A DNA stretch of 64,000 bases from an uncultured Nitrososphaeraceae archaeon (GCA_963728595.1 CAVSLF010000004.1:1-64000); one strand, 5' to 3'. Counted from the stretch's first letter, positions 51,569 to 63,773 are shown. Numbers and translations are program-made. The notes: generated from the letters alone by a model not told the origin.

Positions 51569-52893
51569 ATATGGATGATCCTATAGATACCATTATTAAA
51601 CTTTTGATATATATATAGATATATTGTATCCAGCATGTGCTTGAGGGTCCATAGGGTATCGAATTATGCTGGAAAAAAACTACAGTAAAACACGGGCTTA
51701 GGATTCTATCAAAGCCCAACTTTGAACGCGGATCCAACAATACACTACAGTTTGTAGAGTACGATAGAGATTACATTCAAAACAACTTATCCCGATTAAT
51801 GGCATATTAAATAACAATCAATTAGTTACTAATAACTAGTTTTAATAAACTAACAACGTATAACATACCCATATCTTTAAACTTTACATTTTCATTGCGA
51901 TTTTACTAATTTTTACTTGCACTTCGTAATTTTTGGTATCTTTAACATTTTTGGTATCTCATTATAAAGACAAAATCAAATTACAGGACATAACGTAGCC
52001 TACAGTGTAGAAGCGTTATCCTACAATGACGGTTAACAATTTGTACCCTGTAGAATGTGTAATCAGCGGCGTAAAATCCGCACTTCTTGCTTTCTAAAGT
52101 CAGTAGAAATGAACCAGTTACACTATGATAAGCGGGACGATTTGGAGCGGCGTATCTGATGTGTCTAGAGGGAAACAGATACTGAGATTGTGGATTGTAC
52201 TATGACTGTCCCATGTCCTCTGCTATCCGTTATTCCGGACCATCGACGGATGATCCAGATGGCACTTGTCCTGTTCGCCATAAACCTATGATTATAACCT
52301 ACACTAATAAAAGTAGAGAATCGGGCGTCGCGTTTCATTCTCCATATTGATATGAATGGTTTGCGTTTCAAAGGAGTGTCAGGCAATAAGCATCTAAATC
52401 TCATCGATGAAGAAGTCAGAAGATGGCATATTGTAGAAATAATTCGTCTTGATAAAGAAAAAATAGAAAAGATGTCACAAAAGAAGAATGAAACAGAAAT
52501 ATTTGAATGGCAAGCATAATAGTTTCTCGCAGAAATCATTGACTTTGTGACAAACTTTAGATTCGTTGATAAAGTTGGTTCTCAAAAATCATGGATAGAT
52601 AGAATATGACGGAAACAAATAACGTTCTAGACCTTCTCGATTTCATTTAGTCCTTCTCTGTTATATAGGTAACGATATAGGTTTGAATATTTATAGGACT
52701 TAGAATGTATTCAACTATTTTTCAGTCTACTAATATTGCTCACATTTCTGCTGATAATTTTATCTCGGGCCTTTGACATGATTAATCGGGTCTTCATTGA
52801 TAATTGCCAACAGTAAATGATTAAAGAATCTTGAAAGAAAATAGAGAAATGGTCATGGAGATTTCTCGTTCAAGCCAAATCACTAACACTTTT

Positions 52894-53007
52894 CTATTCA
52901 AGATCTGGTTTGTGTATCTTCCTCATATGCTCGTCTAATTCTTTGAGTGATTCAAATTTAGACTCACAATCTTTGCAGTTATAGTTAGCATCTTCGGGAG
53001 ACGACAT
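52894..53007 (-). CDS. Small C2H2 zinc-finger protein (37 aa), absent from ORF track
   Basis: MSSPEDANYNCKDCESKFESLKELDEHMRKIHKPDLE*. Confidence 0.75.
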   Translation of the reverse strand: MSSPEDANYNCKDCESKFESLKELDEHMRKIHKPDLE

Positions 53008-53469
53008 ATTGTTTAGTTAGATAACATATCATATATCAATTATATATCCAATTAGTTGTTACTACAACTCGTAACTATAAAAATTAATGGGAGTGATTAG
53101 TCAACAAATTTATGATGAAACTGAACAGCACTAATACCTGGGAAGTACAGTTCATTTTCTGTATTTCTAAATACTGTTAAGATATAACTATAACACGTAT
53201 ATTCTAAATTAAAAAATTAGAATTCGTCATGACCACTATGCTTTTCTTGCTAATAGAAGCAGTGCCATTTGCCGCGAATATTTATGTTAGGAACAAGTGG
53301 CGAAGCCATTGTCGTTGTGCTAACATTGGCTCTTACTATAGTTTGTCTCGATTGAACTTGCGTCCAAACACATGATCGTCTTGTATCGACTAAATTTATG
53401 CACTATTGTCTGTTGCCCGTATTGTGATATGGTGATATGGTTTTATTTCTTGAGCTAGAATCTCTTTCG

Positions 53470-54084
53470 CTAACTAGTTGATGTATCATTCTCAGAGGAA
53501 GACGACGAATCTGCACACTGGGGAGTGTGCAGAGTGAATCGATTATCCAGACAAGGGGGTGGTGCTATTGTTTCATCATCACTTGTATTTTGTATATCGG
53601 GACTTTCCAGCGTGGAATTCGAAGATGCTTCCGAAACACAATTAGACACGGTATTATTTTGTGAGGGTGGGCATTGGTCTGTGGCAGGACACTGATCTTG
53701 AGAAGAGGCAAGCTTGCCATCAGTACAACGTAATTGTCCCTCTTCATCTGTTGTTTCATCATCACTTGTATTTTGTATATCGGGACTTTCCAGCGTGGAA
53801 TTCGAAGATGCTTCCGAAACACAATTAGACACGGTATTATTTTGTGAGGGTGGGCATTGGTCTGTGGCAGGACACTGATCTTGAGAAGAGGCAAGCTTGC
53901 CATCAGTACAACGTAATTGTCCCTCTTCCGAAGCGAAAACGTTTGCGACTTTTAATGGGTAGAGAATTTGAACATCCTCTTTCTGTATTTGGAGGCTTGT
54001 TATCCGATCCATCATAGAAATCGTTAGTAAAAATATCGACAGGGTAGTAATAGTTATAACAATCAATCTCGTCGGGCTAGTCAT
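53470..54084 (-). CDS. Secreted Cys-containing protein with internal duplication
   Basis: Signal/TM segment, 61-aa module with four Cys present twice. Confidence 0.75.
   Translation of the reverse strand: MTSPTRLIVITITTLSIFLLTISMMDRITSLQIQKEDVQILYPLKVANVFASEEGQLRCTDGKLASSQDQCPATDQCPPSQNNTVSNCVSEASSNSTLESPDIQNTSDDETTDEEGQLRCTDGKLASSQDQCPATDQCPPSQNNTVSNCVSEASSNSTLESPDIQNTSDDETIAPPPCLDNRFTLHTPQCADSSSSSENDTSTS
53568..53928. repeat. Direct duplication with 183-bp period
   Basis: 53568-53745 matches 53751-53928. Confidence 0.95.
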
Positions 54085-54654
54085 GCAATGTATTAGATCT
54101 TCATCTGTATTAAATAGTAACTCTCTACCGCTATACAGAATGATGTTATATAGGGTCCCATAGACTTGCTTGCCTCTGTTTTCGAAAAATCAATGAATAA
54201 TGTAATCAAGTTGCGTAATTCGTACGTAATTTGTTCATCTACAATTCTGATAGCCACTGATACGCTAAAAATTCGCTTATTATTCACCACGAATAAATCT
54301 CTCCGTAAATAAAGTTGCTCTGACTGTTTCTTAAAAATTGACGGGACTTCACAGCCATGCAACATTTTAAGTAGCAAATGGACAACTTTTTTCTTCCGAG
54401 TCTCGTCTTTGACTTATGTCGGATCATTCATTCTAACTTTGATTCTACCAGACATCGTGTGTGATGCACGGCCACCATTACATCTATTTTGTTTTCACTA
54501 TTGGCTTGAAATGTTCCTTTCTTAGTATTAGATTTCTTCTAGAGGTAACTGTGGTAACAATTGATAGTTAGTTAGTAGACTTAAGGTTCTCACTAGATTT
54601 TCATCAATATCTTGTTTAAGAACTTGTTATAAGGAAAGTATCAACTCTTTTTCT

Positions 54655-55642
54655 GTGAGAAAAACTTCACCTATTTTATCTTCAAGAGCATTATTTGCTC
54701 TTTTTGCACTTCTAGTATTCGCGATACTGGCTGTACCAATATTTGCTTACGCTCAGTTAAATAACACAAATACAACCAATTCGCAGAGAATTGGTGTAAA
54801 GATAACGTCTCCAAAAGTTAATCAGACAGTCCCGATTGGAGAACTTACCGTCAATGGAACATCTTCAGATTCTCCCCAGACTAATTGTCAGGTATTTGTT
54901 GACTTGAATGATACTAAACCAATGCAAAATGTGACCGGAGTTGGACTGGGAGGGCCAAAGGACTACTCCAACTGGACTTTTACTTACACTCAAAACTATC
55001 ATCTGATAGATAAAGGAGTGAATGAATTAACCTCAAAAATCTCGTGTTATCATAATTTGGGCGCTGGCAATGTGACAACGAAGTATTACAGCATTAACAT
55101 TACGGGGACAGACAACCCTACCAGCTTTATTCCCTCTACAGGAAATTTGAGTGTTAATAACTCCACTACAGGATTCCAAAGCATAGCATACTCTACCGTA
55201 TTACCTCAGTATTCTACTATCGATACCAACAATTCGAAATCTCTTGATGAGAATGTTATCAATAACACGGAATCTTTGGTTTATGAACCTACTGGTAATG
55301 TTTATTCTGGTAAATAATGACAATAGTAATGACAATAGTAATGACAATAGTAATGACAATAACGACAATAACGATCGAAGGTCATCGTCAAACCCCGGTG
55401 ATTCTAAGCATGACGATGATTCTAATTCAAATAATAATAATGATAATGGTGACGACAAGAACAAGGACAGTGAGAAAACTAAATCCCATTCTGCAGAGCA
55501 TTCAAAAACGTTGAAAGTCGAAAAAATCAAGCACACAGCTAACAAATTGAAACATGAAGAACATCATAAAAATCTGAGCAAATACATCCATAATGTGGTA
55601 AAGGAAAAACTACATCGTATGACAGAAAGAATATCTGATTAA
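54655..55642 (+). pseudogene. Secreted Ig-like domain protein with Asn/Asp-rich tail, frameshifted near 55313
   Basis: Domain paralogous to 13300..14340 (VKITSP..GTSSD..C..DYSNWTF..LTSKISC); removing one A in ggtaaataat joins it to the NNDNS repeat tail. Confidence 0.75.
55316..55360 (+). repeat. Tandem repeat, 12 bp x3.75 (aatgacaatagt)
   Basis: Exact units encoding NDNS. Confidence 0.9.
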
Positions 55643-55853
55643 TCAGCTAGTCGATTGTGAGCAGGTGAGAAACTTACCAAGTTTCAAGCTCAAATAGAGT
55701 TTAGGAGTTTCGACCAAGTTAAAGAAAACAAAAAACAATTAATCTTTTGCTCTCGTTGCTTGTCTAGATATTTAAACGATGCACAAACTTATATGAGAGC
55801 AAGAGAATAATTTAGATGCATATCTTTACGTCAAAGTTAGATCATGAAATAAT

Positions 55854-56183
55854 ATGAGTTCAAACAACAATAAACAGTTCGCCTTCAATCAGCTGATCTG
55901 GATCGTAATTTCAATAGGGATAAGTCTTGCAATCTCTAGGTTATTACCATTTCCAATATCGATAGTAGCTATAGTGGGCGTATTCATACTGCTAGGTTAC
56001 TTTATGAGAAAGAGAACGATGGGAAAAATGGGGATGAGAGGTGGACTAACAGGAATGTCTGGTTCAACATCTCGAGCGCCCGGAAACAATTCATTGAAAT
56101 ACTATTGCATGAACTGCGGCACGGAACACAAACAAATTGAATGTCCAAAATGTGGTTCGAAGCTGAAAAGAGTTGGATCATGA
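55854..56183 (+). CDS. Two-TM membrane protein with C-terminal zinc ribbon
   Basis: Hydrophobic N-terminal half; YYCMNCG..ECPKCGS. Confidence 0.85.
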   Translation: MSSNNNKQFAFNQLIWIVISIGISLAISRLLPFPISIVAIVGVFILLGYFMRKRTMGKMGMRGGLTGMSGSTSRAPGNNSLKYYCMNCGTEHKQIECPKCGSKLKRVGS

Positions 56184-56561
56184 TCAAGATCCTTGGATGC
56201 TCAAGACAATAAGGAAAATGTACCTGCCCATAGACCTCAGAAAATCCAAAAATGATGCTTAATGTATGTCGCGTACGTTCTTCTAAATCTTAGTATTGCT
56301 TTTCCACTTTCGTAATTACGAAGCCTAAAACGGTAACGATCCCAAGTACGCGACTATCTTCAAGAAAAGATATGGATAGAAGGCGAATTATTGAAGATAA
56401 TATCTCCGGCGTAGTGATAACGTCAAAATAAACAATACCTCGTTAGAAAATATCATAAAATAGTCGATTCATCTCAGTTACAGCACTCTTATTTTCATGA
56501 ACTAGGAAATAATATTAGTCTCCGTCACAATTTCTCTCCTCGTCCATCACCGTGGCCAACC

Positions 56562-56963
56562 CTACACAATTTGGAGATTGCTAGAGGGGGGAGGCTGTGG
56601 AACTATGAGGGTATTGTTTCTACCATTGTCATTAAGACTTAGCCCGAAACACTTTTCTACGCCATCTTGAAATGCGTTTAGGTCAAGATTGCCTGATTGA
56701 AGATTATTTAGAAGGCTTTCCATACAAGCATTGGGATTGTTAAGATCAAGTGACTGAGTTGGATAAATATGAACCGCATGTCCTGGTTTCATTACAATAA
56801 CAGTTACCCGATGATTAAACGAATTTGAATTATCGCCATGGAATAAGAATACAGTAACAGGTATTAAAATAGAGAAGAATAGAAGAGCATAGAAGATATA
56901 CCACGCTTTATCGTTCATATAAATTAAAATCGATTTTTCTAAATTTATAGCTTTGTATTGCAT
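56562..56963 (-). CDS. Membrane-anchored hypothetical protein
   Basis: One TM helix, two Cys. Confidence 0.6.
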   Translation of the reverse strand: MQYKAINLEKSILIYMNDKAWYIFYALLFFSILIPVTVFLFHGDNSNSFNHRVTVIVMKPGHAVHIYPTQSLDLNNPNACMESLLNNLQSGNLDLNAFQDGVEKCFGLSLNDNGRNNTLIVPQPPPSSNLQIV

Positions 56964-57096
56964 GGTTGCATTTGATTTAATAATTCAAGAATTTTGATAA
57001 TAGAATTAAGATGACACCTATTCTGTTTAGTCCGCCTATTGGTTGAAAAGCATTTTGAAATGATCAAAGGTTTATCGTAATCGAAATTATTGTTCA

Positions 57097-57279
57097 TCAA
57101 ATTTTCTGCATATATACCTTCATTTTTTCTCTCATCTCTGGCTTCATTGCATCTTCTACATTTAGTTCATGGATCTTTACAACGTGACCTACTACCTGCA
57201 TCATCAACTCTTCCTGAGTATCCGCCCATCCTACAAATTCACAGTCTATATCAACATCCCTACAGGATACTGTTCACAT
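57097..57279 (-). pseudogene. DUF1059-like small metal-binding protein with TGA at codon 2
   Basis: M*TVSCRDVDIDCEFVGWADTQEELMMQVVGHVVKIHEL..KI*. Confidence 0.7.
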
Positions 57280-58143
57280 AATCTAGTCATACAAAACTTG
57301 ATTATTTAAGTCAAGTTTAACAAAGTTTAGCGACAAAGAGGTCAACCCCAATTGTGATCTTCCTTCAATCAGCATCAAATAACGCTATAGACGGTTCATT
57401 AGTGTTCAAAGTTCACCAAAAAGATTGAACAGATGCATTAAAAGGGCCCTGTACCCGAGTAGCAAAAAGCCATGATATCTCTCAAGAATGGAAGTATTGG
57501 GACTGATTTTTTCTCATGACTAATTCAAGTACCCCAATAATGTAATAAAATGAGTTAATTAGTTAAGGAATATAATTCTAAAAACGTTTTGATTTATATC
57601 GTCATACTGAAAAGGTTTAAGGATTGTATAATGACGGTTATAAATTGTAACTAAGTCTCCGAATGTTCCCTTGCATTATTAGAACTATTCTAGGCACTCA
57701 ATTTGCAAATCGTGCGCAAAATTATGTTTGAAGTGTACAATCTTTTGCCAAATCATTCGTTCCTAATATCTCGATTTTTGGTAAAAAAGATAGTTGGATT
57801 TGTGGGGCCTCAAAACGAGCCTATGGCATAATCCTAACTTTACTTCTTACCTCAGGAGTAGGTGTATGCCAATTTCAATGAAAACTAACCTATGCGACTA
57901 CGGAAAACACATGGACCTTAGTTATTTGCAGAATCTGAAAGAGAGATCAACGGCAAATAGATTCGTATCCCCATAAAAGGAAAACTGTCACCACAAGCAG
58001 TTGGTTTAATTCGTTGCAGAGTACCAAGCATTTTGATATTGCCATAGTTTATGGTATACTGCGTCTAATTGTACCATCTAGTGGGATGTGGGATCATCTT
58101 ATAGTATGAAGAGTGGTAAAGCTAAAATTTATGACTATGGGAC

Positions 58144-59320
58144 TTAAGTTCCAAAAATCTTTATTTCTGAGATACTTACCCAATCACTTTCTGAGGGTCC
58201 AGTAACTGTGATCCGCACGTACCTTGAAATTATATCATGCAGGTTATACCCTTCGAAATCTGGGGCGCTTTCAGTGCTTCTGTGAGTCCGGACATCAGTG
58301 AATGAGTTACTGTCATTAGAGACCGAAATAATGAAATCAGTTGTTGCTCATTTCCTATATACCATGAAACATTGACGCTACACAATTCAGCTTCCTTACC
58401 CAAATCCAGAGTAATAGAGGATTTAGGATCATGATTTGCCCATCTTGTTGTGACATTATTATCAATGACATTCTGTGGTGGGAAATCAGCTTGATTTCCA
58501 GAAGCTTTGACGGTACTTATCACTAAAGGGTGCATGAAAGAGTTTGAATTGTTGATGAAGGTCCAGATTGAGATGCAGTGGCCGATGAGGTAGGAACAAG
58601 AATACCAAAGACTTTAGCTTCCGAGATACTCACCCAATCACTTAGAGAAGAACCAGTTACTGTTATCTGCAGATATCTTGAGGCTATGTCTGGAAGATCA
58701 TATCTTTCAGATTCTGAAGAGGTTCCGCTGCTTGAATTCATAACTAGGGGCTTCCAAGATTCAGTATCATTTGAAACCGATATCGTAAAATTAATGACAC
58801 GTTCATTCCCTCTATACCAGGCAATATCAATATTACACAGGAATCTTTCTGCACCAAAATCAAAGGTTATGAATGAACCCAAGCCTAGATTTGACCATCT
58901 AGTATTGAAATTATTATCAATCGCGTTCTTTGCCGGTGAACTAGATTGACTTCCACTCGCCATGATGTTAGATATCGCCAACTGATTACACGAGCTAAAG
59001 TTAGCAGAATAGTCTCTCAAGAAATTTGGAATATCCATCTTGTTGTTTGCTAAAGTAGTAGAATTTATGAGAGGAGGCTGAACTTGTGGAAATTGAGCTT
59101 GGTCTGGAGATTGAACTTGAGGTTGGGCTATTTGAGGTGAAGACATTTGAGGTGGGAAGAGAGGGGCTTGCAAAGTATTATTACTAAGGGAAGGTAAAGG
59201 TAAAGGCATTTCCATCTGACCACTGGCGATCGAAAATGTGAGAAAACTCATGCTTAATGAGGCGGCGGAGATCATGGACAAAGTGAGGTAAAAGCATCCA
59301 ATGAAAGCTGTACGTGCCAT
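58144..59320 (-). pseudogene. Secreted protein with two discoidin (F5/8 type C) domains; second domain broken by two frameshifts
   Basis: NAIDNNFNTRWS..IAWYRGN..RYLQITV..WVSISE; second copy NVIDNNVTTRWA..WYIGN / ISVSND..RYVRITV..WVSISEIKIFGT* across three frames. Confidence 0.85.
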
Positions 59321-59710
59321 TAGTTTTCTTATTCGGGAATGGCCTTATCAGACGATTTGTGCAATCATATAGTCAATTTAGTTAGTGATAGTTTGCATTA
59401 GAACCAATTCGTCCAGGAGTGTGATCTTATCTGTACCTTACAAGAATTAGATCGGAATCGTTGTGTTCTAATCACTTCAGAAAAGATAGTCTACCTGGAA
59501 TATTCTCTAGAATGATAATACATCTTTAAAGGACATAGCTTCTTTAGTCAATGAACATCTTCTTCTTTGGTCAAAAAATGTGGAAGGTCTTAAAATTCAT
59601 ATTCTCCAATGCTAGAAATGGACGGCATCGCAATCGTATACTCATATCTCAAGTGTAGAATATTTGGGACATATCTTCATTAATGGGTTACTATCCAGAT
59701 AAAATACAGG

Positions 59711-60538
59711 ATGGACTTCAGAATTTTGATGTTCTCAATTCTCATTTCCTTGTTTTCATTATCCGCAATTTTTTCCATGTCGGAATATCCAAACACAGTT
59801 CCCGCATATCTACCCGTATTTGCCCAAGACAATGACGTATATTTTCCTGATTACTTGTTAACAAATAATTCAGAAACAACCAATAATGATTCAAATCAGT
59901 CCTCAGAATCTGAAGGTCTTTTACCCCAAGATTCATATGGTTCAGAAGGAAGTGGTTGCGTACCTTCCACTCTGCAAAATAGCAATGAATGTTTTGCAAC
60001 ATATGAGAATTCTACATACGGAATTAAAATTAATTATCCAAGTACATGGAACAAAGTTACTCCTTATTCTGATGAAAAGTATACAACTGTATTTGTACAA
60101 GAATTCGACAAACCGGACTCCAGCGCTTACGTTATAGTGGGCGTAGATTATTTCAATTTCGAAACCACTCCATCAACCTACCTAGCTCGACTAATTCAAA
60201 ACTACCGGACACAGCTTAAGGATTTCACACTAATTTCTTCAGATTTGAACTCTGTTCAACTGGCAGGTATTCTAGGTTATGAAGTTCTCTATACATTTAG
60301 TGGTGATAATGATGAAGTAATATTAACAAGGCAGCTAGGGGCAGTGATTCCAGGAACTTCCACGGCATATCAAATTACTTACTCAGCTGAAGTAACAGAG
60401 TATCCTGGATCTGAAGATTACTTGAATACAATGATTGATTCTATAGAGTTGAACCTGAAAGGTGCAAATGTGACTGCTCCTTCTAACTTGCAAGATCTAG
60501 ACTACTTTATTCACGTCTATGATGGAGGGGTGATTTAA
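59711..60538 (+). CDS. Secreted PsbP-like domain protein
   Basis: Signal peptide; TYENSTYGIKINYPSTW..AYQITYSA..MIDSIEL. Confidence 0.8.
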   Translation: MDFRILMFSILISLFSLSAIFSMSEYPNTVPAYLPVFAQDNDVYFPDYLLTNNSETTNNDSNQSSESEGLLPQDSYGSEGSGCVPSTLQNSNECFATYENSTYGIKINYPSTWNKVTPYSDEKYTTVFVQEFDKPDSSAYVIVGVDYFNFETTPSTYLARLIQNYRTQLKDFTLISSDLNSVQLAGILGYEVLYTFSGDNDEVILTRQLGAVIPGTSTAYQITYSAEVTEYPGSEDYLNTMIDSIELNLKGANVTAPSNLQDLDYFIHVYDGGVI

Positions 60539-60544
60539 GACTCA

Positions 60545-61792
60545 ATGTTTTGCTATAGCCTCCTTACTGCGAATAAAACTTCTGAACTGTTATTTGTCCA
60601 TGCCAAACAGGTGGTAAACCGTAAAGAATATTCGTCACTTGTGTTAAAACAATACCAGAAAAAGGCTCTCTTGCTTTCCATTTCAATGCTTGCGGTAACC
60701 GCCTCTCTGTTTTATCTTATGAATTTCCACGAAGTATTCGCTACTCCTGTTCAAAATTTAGGACCCAATGCTACAACAACTAATTCCTCAAATTCAGAAA
60801 GGTCGCAGGAATTATTTGATAAAGTCAAGAATTCTGTAGTAAGAATAGACACACTGGTTCAGTATGTTAATCCTCGTATTACCGTGAATGATGAACCATT
60901 CCTTCAAGAACCATCAGGTTCAATTGGATCAGGATTCGTATATGACAAGAGTGGAAAGATCGTTACTAATTATCATGTAGTACAAGGTGCCCAAGCCATA
61001 TTGATAAAATTTCTGAATGGTAACGGTTATAAAGGCACTATTGTTGGTGTAGAACCTCTTATAGACCTGGCCGTTATTCAGCTGGACCCTTCTGCCTTAT
61101 ACAACGAAAAGATTGTACCCTTGCCTCTAGCTAATCCTTCAGAAATTAGAATTGGAACTCCGGTCGTGGCTATAGGAAACCCAATTGGTCTGACAGGATC
61201 AATGACGGAAGGCATAATTAGTCAGGTTGGAAGGATTCAAAAAGGGTTATTTTTTCCAGATTCCTGGGTTGGAGACTTGATTCAGACTGATGCTCCAATT
61301 ACCCACGGGAATTCTGGTGGACCTCTGTTAAATTTTGATGGAGAGGTCGTTGGTGTAAACGATAGAGGGGTTACGGCTGACATCAGCTCTCAGACAACAG
61401 AACCGAATATTGGATTAGCAATCTCATCAGGAACAGTAAAACGGGTAGTGGACTTAATAATTGCAAATGGTAGTTATGATGCCCCGTACCTGGGAGTACT
61501 TGTTTCAGATATTCCCGCTTTTTTCCCTGAAAAAGTCGGTTTAAGTGAAGCAAAAGGTGCCTATGTATTATCGGTCTTGCCTGATAGTCCAGCGTCCAGA
61601 ACGAAAATCGAATCCGATAATGTTATAATAAAAGCTGATGATATGTTAATAAAAGACAAGGCTGATCTAATAAATTACATACAAACTAAGTCTCCTGGGG
61701 ATAATCTTGCGTTAACAATAATTGATAACGTTGGAGTGACCAAGGCATATGATTTGAATTTGGAGTCTATGCCTGCGGAATTCGGTGGCTAG
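60545..61792 (+). CDS. HtrA/DegP-like trypsin serine protease with PDZ domain
   Basis: GSGF, VTNYHVV, DLAV, IQTDAPITHGNSGGPL, YLGV..PDSPA PDZ; N-terminal TM. Confidence 0.94.
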   Translation: MFCYSLLTANKTSELLFVHAKQVVNRKEYSSLVLKQYQKKALLLSISMLAVTASLFYLMNFHEVFATPVQNLGPNATTTNSSNSERSQELFDKVKNSVVRIDTLVQYVNPRITVNDEPFLQEPSGSIGSGFVYDKSGKIVTNYHVVQGAQAILIKFLNGNGYKGTIVGVEPLIDLAVIQLDPSALYNEKIVPLPLANPSEIRIGTPVVAIGNPIGLTGSMTEGIISQVGRIQKGLFFPDSWVGDLIQTDAPITHGNSGGPLLNFDGEVVGVNDRGVTADISSQTTEPNIGLAISSGTVKRVVDLIIANGSYDAPYLGVLVSDIPAFFPEKVGLSEAKGAYVLSVLPDSPASRTKIESDNVIIKADDMLIKDKADLINYIQTKSPGDNLALTIIDNVGVTKAYDLNLESMPAEFGG

Positions 61793-62027
61793 TTCCTTTG
61801 TGACTAAGACAGAATAAGGACAACTTGTCAATCATTTACGACCCTATAATGTAAGTCTTCTATTCTTGGTTACATCTTTTACAATATTGCATACTGGTTT
61901 TGCCTTCATTTCGTGTAGGAATATAGCATAAATGAACCTAACATGAGATCTACATTTTATCCCTCATCTGATTTATATGAATTCCGAATAATGTACGCAA
62001 CTCGTAACGTAAAGCATTGGTCCTAGA

Positions 62028-62768
62028 TCAATGGGGCGAGTACGCCTTGCTAGCAGCATCGTAGTATTTTTGGGCTTCTTCTGAATCACCCAACTCTTCT
62101 AACGCGAACCCCTTATTCATCAATATTTGGACATTACCAGGATCAATTTTTAGCGCTAAATCAAAGAATGATATCGCCTTCAAACAATTCCCCTTTGACA
62201 CTTGCACACAACCCTTCCCATTAATTGCATCCGCATTAATCGGGTCGATTTTCAAGATCTCATCATAACAGCCTTCAGCTTGGTCATACTCTTGTAGATT
62301 CATGTGTGCAAAAGCTTTGTCGCACCACGCTCCAATGTTTCCAGTCGAAAGCCTCAGACATTCGTCATAGCATGAAATTGCATCCTTTAACTTGTTCAAT
62401 CGCTTGAAGACAAGGCCCTTGTTATGCCATAATTTAGAATTACTCGGATCCAGCCCAGTTGCTTCATCGTAACATCTTTTTGCTTCACTCATATTGTCAA
62501 CATTATTGTAAACTGCACCAAGATTAATCCAGGCCTCTACTACATCAGGATAAACTTTAGTCGCGTATAGAAGATACTTCTCAGCGTCATTAAAGTTTTC
62601 CAATTGACCTAAGACCTTGCCTAAGTTAATAAGCGCCTCCAGGTTTTCTGGATCGACTTCCAACGTTTTTTCGTAATACCTCTTGGCCTTTTCATGTTTC
62701 CCTTGCCTGTCTAATGAATAAGCCATATTAATCCAATAATCTGGATCTTTTTTCTCTCGTTTACTCAT
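62028..62768 (-). CDS. Tetratricopeptide repeat protein
   Basis: About 7 consecutive 34-aa repeats, W.NKG..A..YD.AL..DP. Confidence 0.93.
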   Translation of the reverse strand: MSKREKKDPDYWINMAYSLDRQGKHEKAKRYYEKTLEVDPENLEALINLGKVLGQLENFNDAEKYLLYATKVYPDVVEAWINLGAVYNNVDNMSEAKRCYDEATGLDPSNSKLWHNKGLVFKRLNKLKDAISCYDECLRLSTGNIGAWCDKAFAHMNLQEYDQAEGCYDEILKIDPINADAINGKGCVQVSKGNCLKAISFFDLALKIDPGNVQILMNKGFALEELGDSEEAQKYYDAASKAYSPH

Positions 62769-62968
62769 TATTTTGGCCCAGGCTAAGTATGTTTCATATT
62801 ACAATTATAGTTGATTTTAAAGAGTGTTGGGCGCGCCGTTGTGTATTTAAACATCGTTTTGGCAGAGTGTCATATTTTCCTGGCAATTCAACGGAACTTG
62901 CAGAGATCAATATATGTAACGGTAAAAGCTCTGAAAAACTTTTAAGGTTCGATATGATGTCTTTGCAC

Positions 62969-63193
62969 ATGGGACGCTCATTTGAGGAATGGTGGAGTAC
63001 TGCTCCACTTGAACTAAAGCAAAAAGCTCGCAAAGGGGACGAAGGAAATAAGCCGCTGCTGAATCAGATTAACTATGTCTTACTCCACCTCCATTTGTCA
63101 GGAAAACACGACTTAAAGCCTACACATGAAGAACTGAAAGACTGGCTTCACAGCGGCCAAGTTGACGTTATGCGAATGGAAAAGAAGAAGTAA
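62969..63193 (+). CDS. Small hypothetical protein
   Basis: MGRSFEEWWSTAP..KPLLNQINY..ELKDWLHSGQVD; T-tract follows. Confidence 0.7.
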   Translation: MGRSFEEWWSTAPLELKQKARKGDEGNKPLLNQINYVLLHLHLSGKHDLKPTHEELKDWLHSGQVDVMRMEKKK

Positions 63194-63391
63194 AATACTA
63201 TTCTATTCTCCTTTTTCTTTTTTTTGATACTGCAATGATAATTGGTAAGATTGTCTTGTCCATTTTTTAGAATGCACTAATTAGTCAATCATAAAAGTTA
63301 TAGTTTCTGTTAATCCAAGAGATTCTTCTCTATGTCAGGCAACTTATGTTTATTGTTGGTTATCAAAAAATCTGGTAGAGGTAGTATGCTC

Positions 63392-63610
63392 TCATTTATC
63401 CGAATTAAGGTTACGTTTTGCAGCATTACAAATAATTTTGGCTACGTAATCTTCAATTCCTAAGATAGATGCCAAATCATCTGACTGTATTTTCAGTATT
63501 CGTCTACGAGTGAATCCATAGTCTATCAATAGTTCCTTCAGACCATCAGCTAATTCTAATTCCATTACATCACTATATTTAACGCTGGATTGATAGGTCA
63601 TAAAATCCAT
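63392..63610 (-). CDS. Small helix-hairpin-helix-like hypothetical protein
   Basis: LELADGLKELLI..DLASILGIEDYVAKII. Confidence 0.65.
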   Translation of the reverse strand: MDFMTYQSSVKYSDVMELELADGLKELLIDYGFTRRRILKIQSDDLASILGIEDYVAKIICNAAKRNLNSDK

Positions 63611-63773
63611 AAGGACTTTATTATTTATATAGCTGATGACAATGATTGCATAAGGTTTAGTTAATTCTATATGATTTTACTTGTTCCTCACGCTATCGAA
63701 GCTGTACTCATGATTTATTAGATAGAAAAATCTGAGGCCCCCAACTAAAATATGGTTTAGATTCCGCTTTCTG

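Noticed and set aside
52165..52539. 124-aa minus-strand ORF
   Set aside because: Composition looks like the antisense of a broken + strand fragment; neither could be assigned
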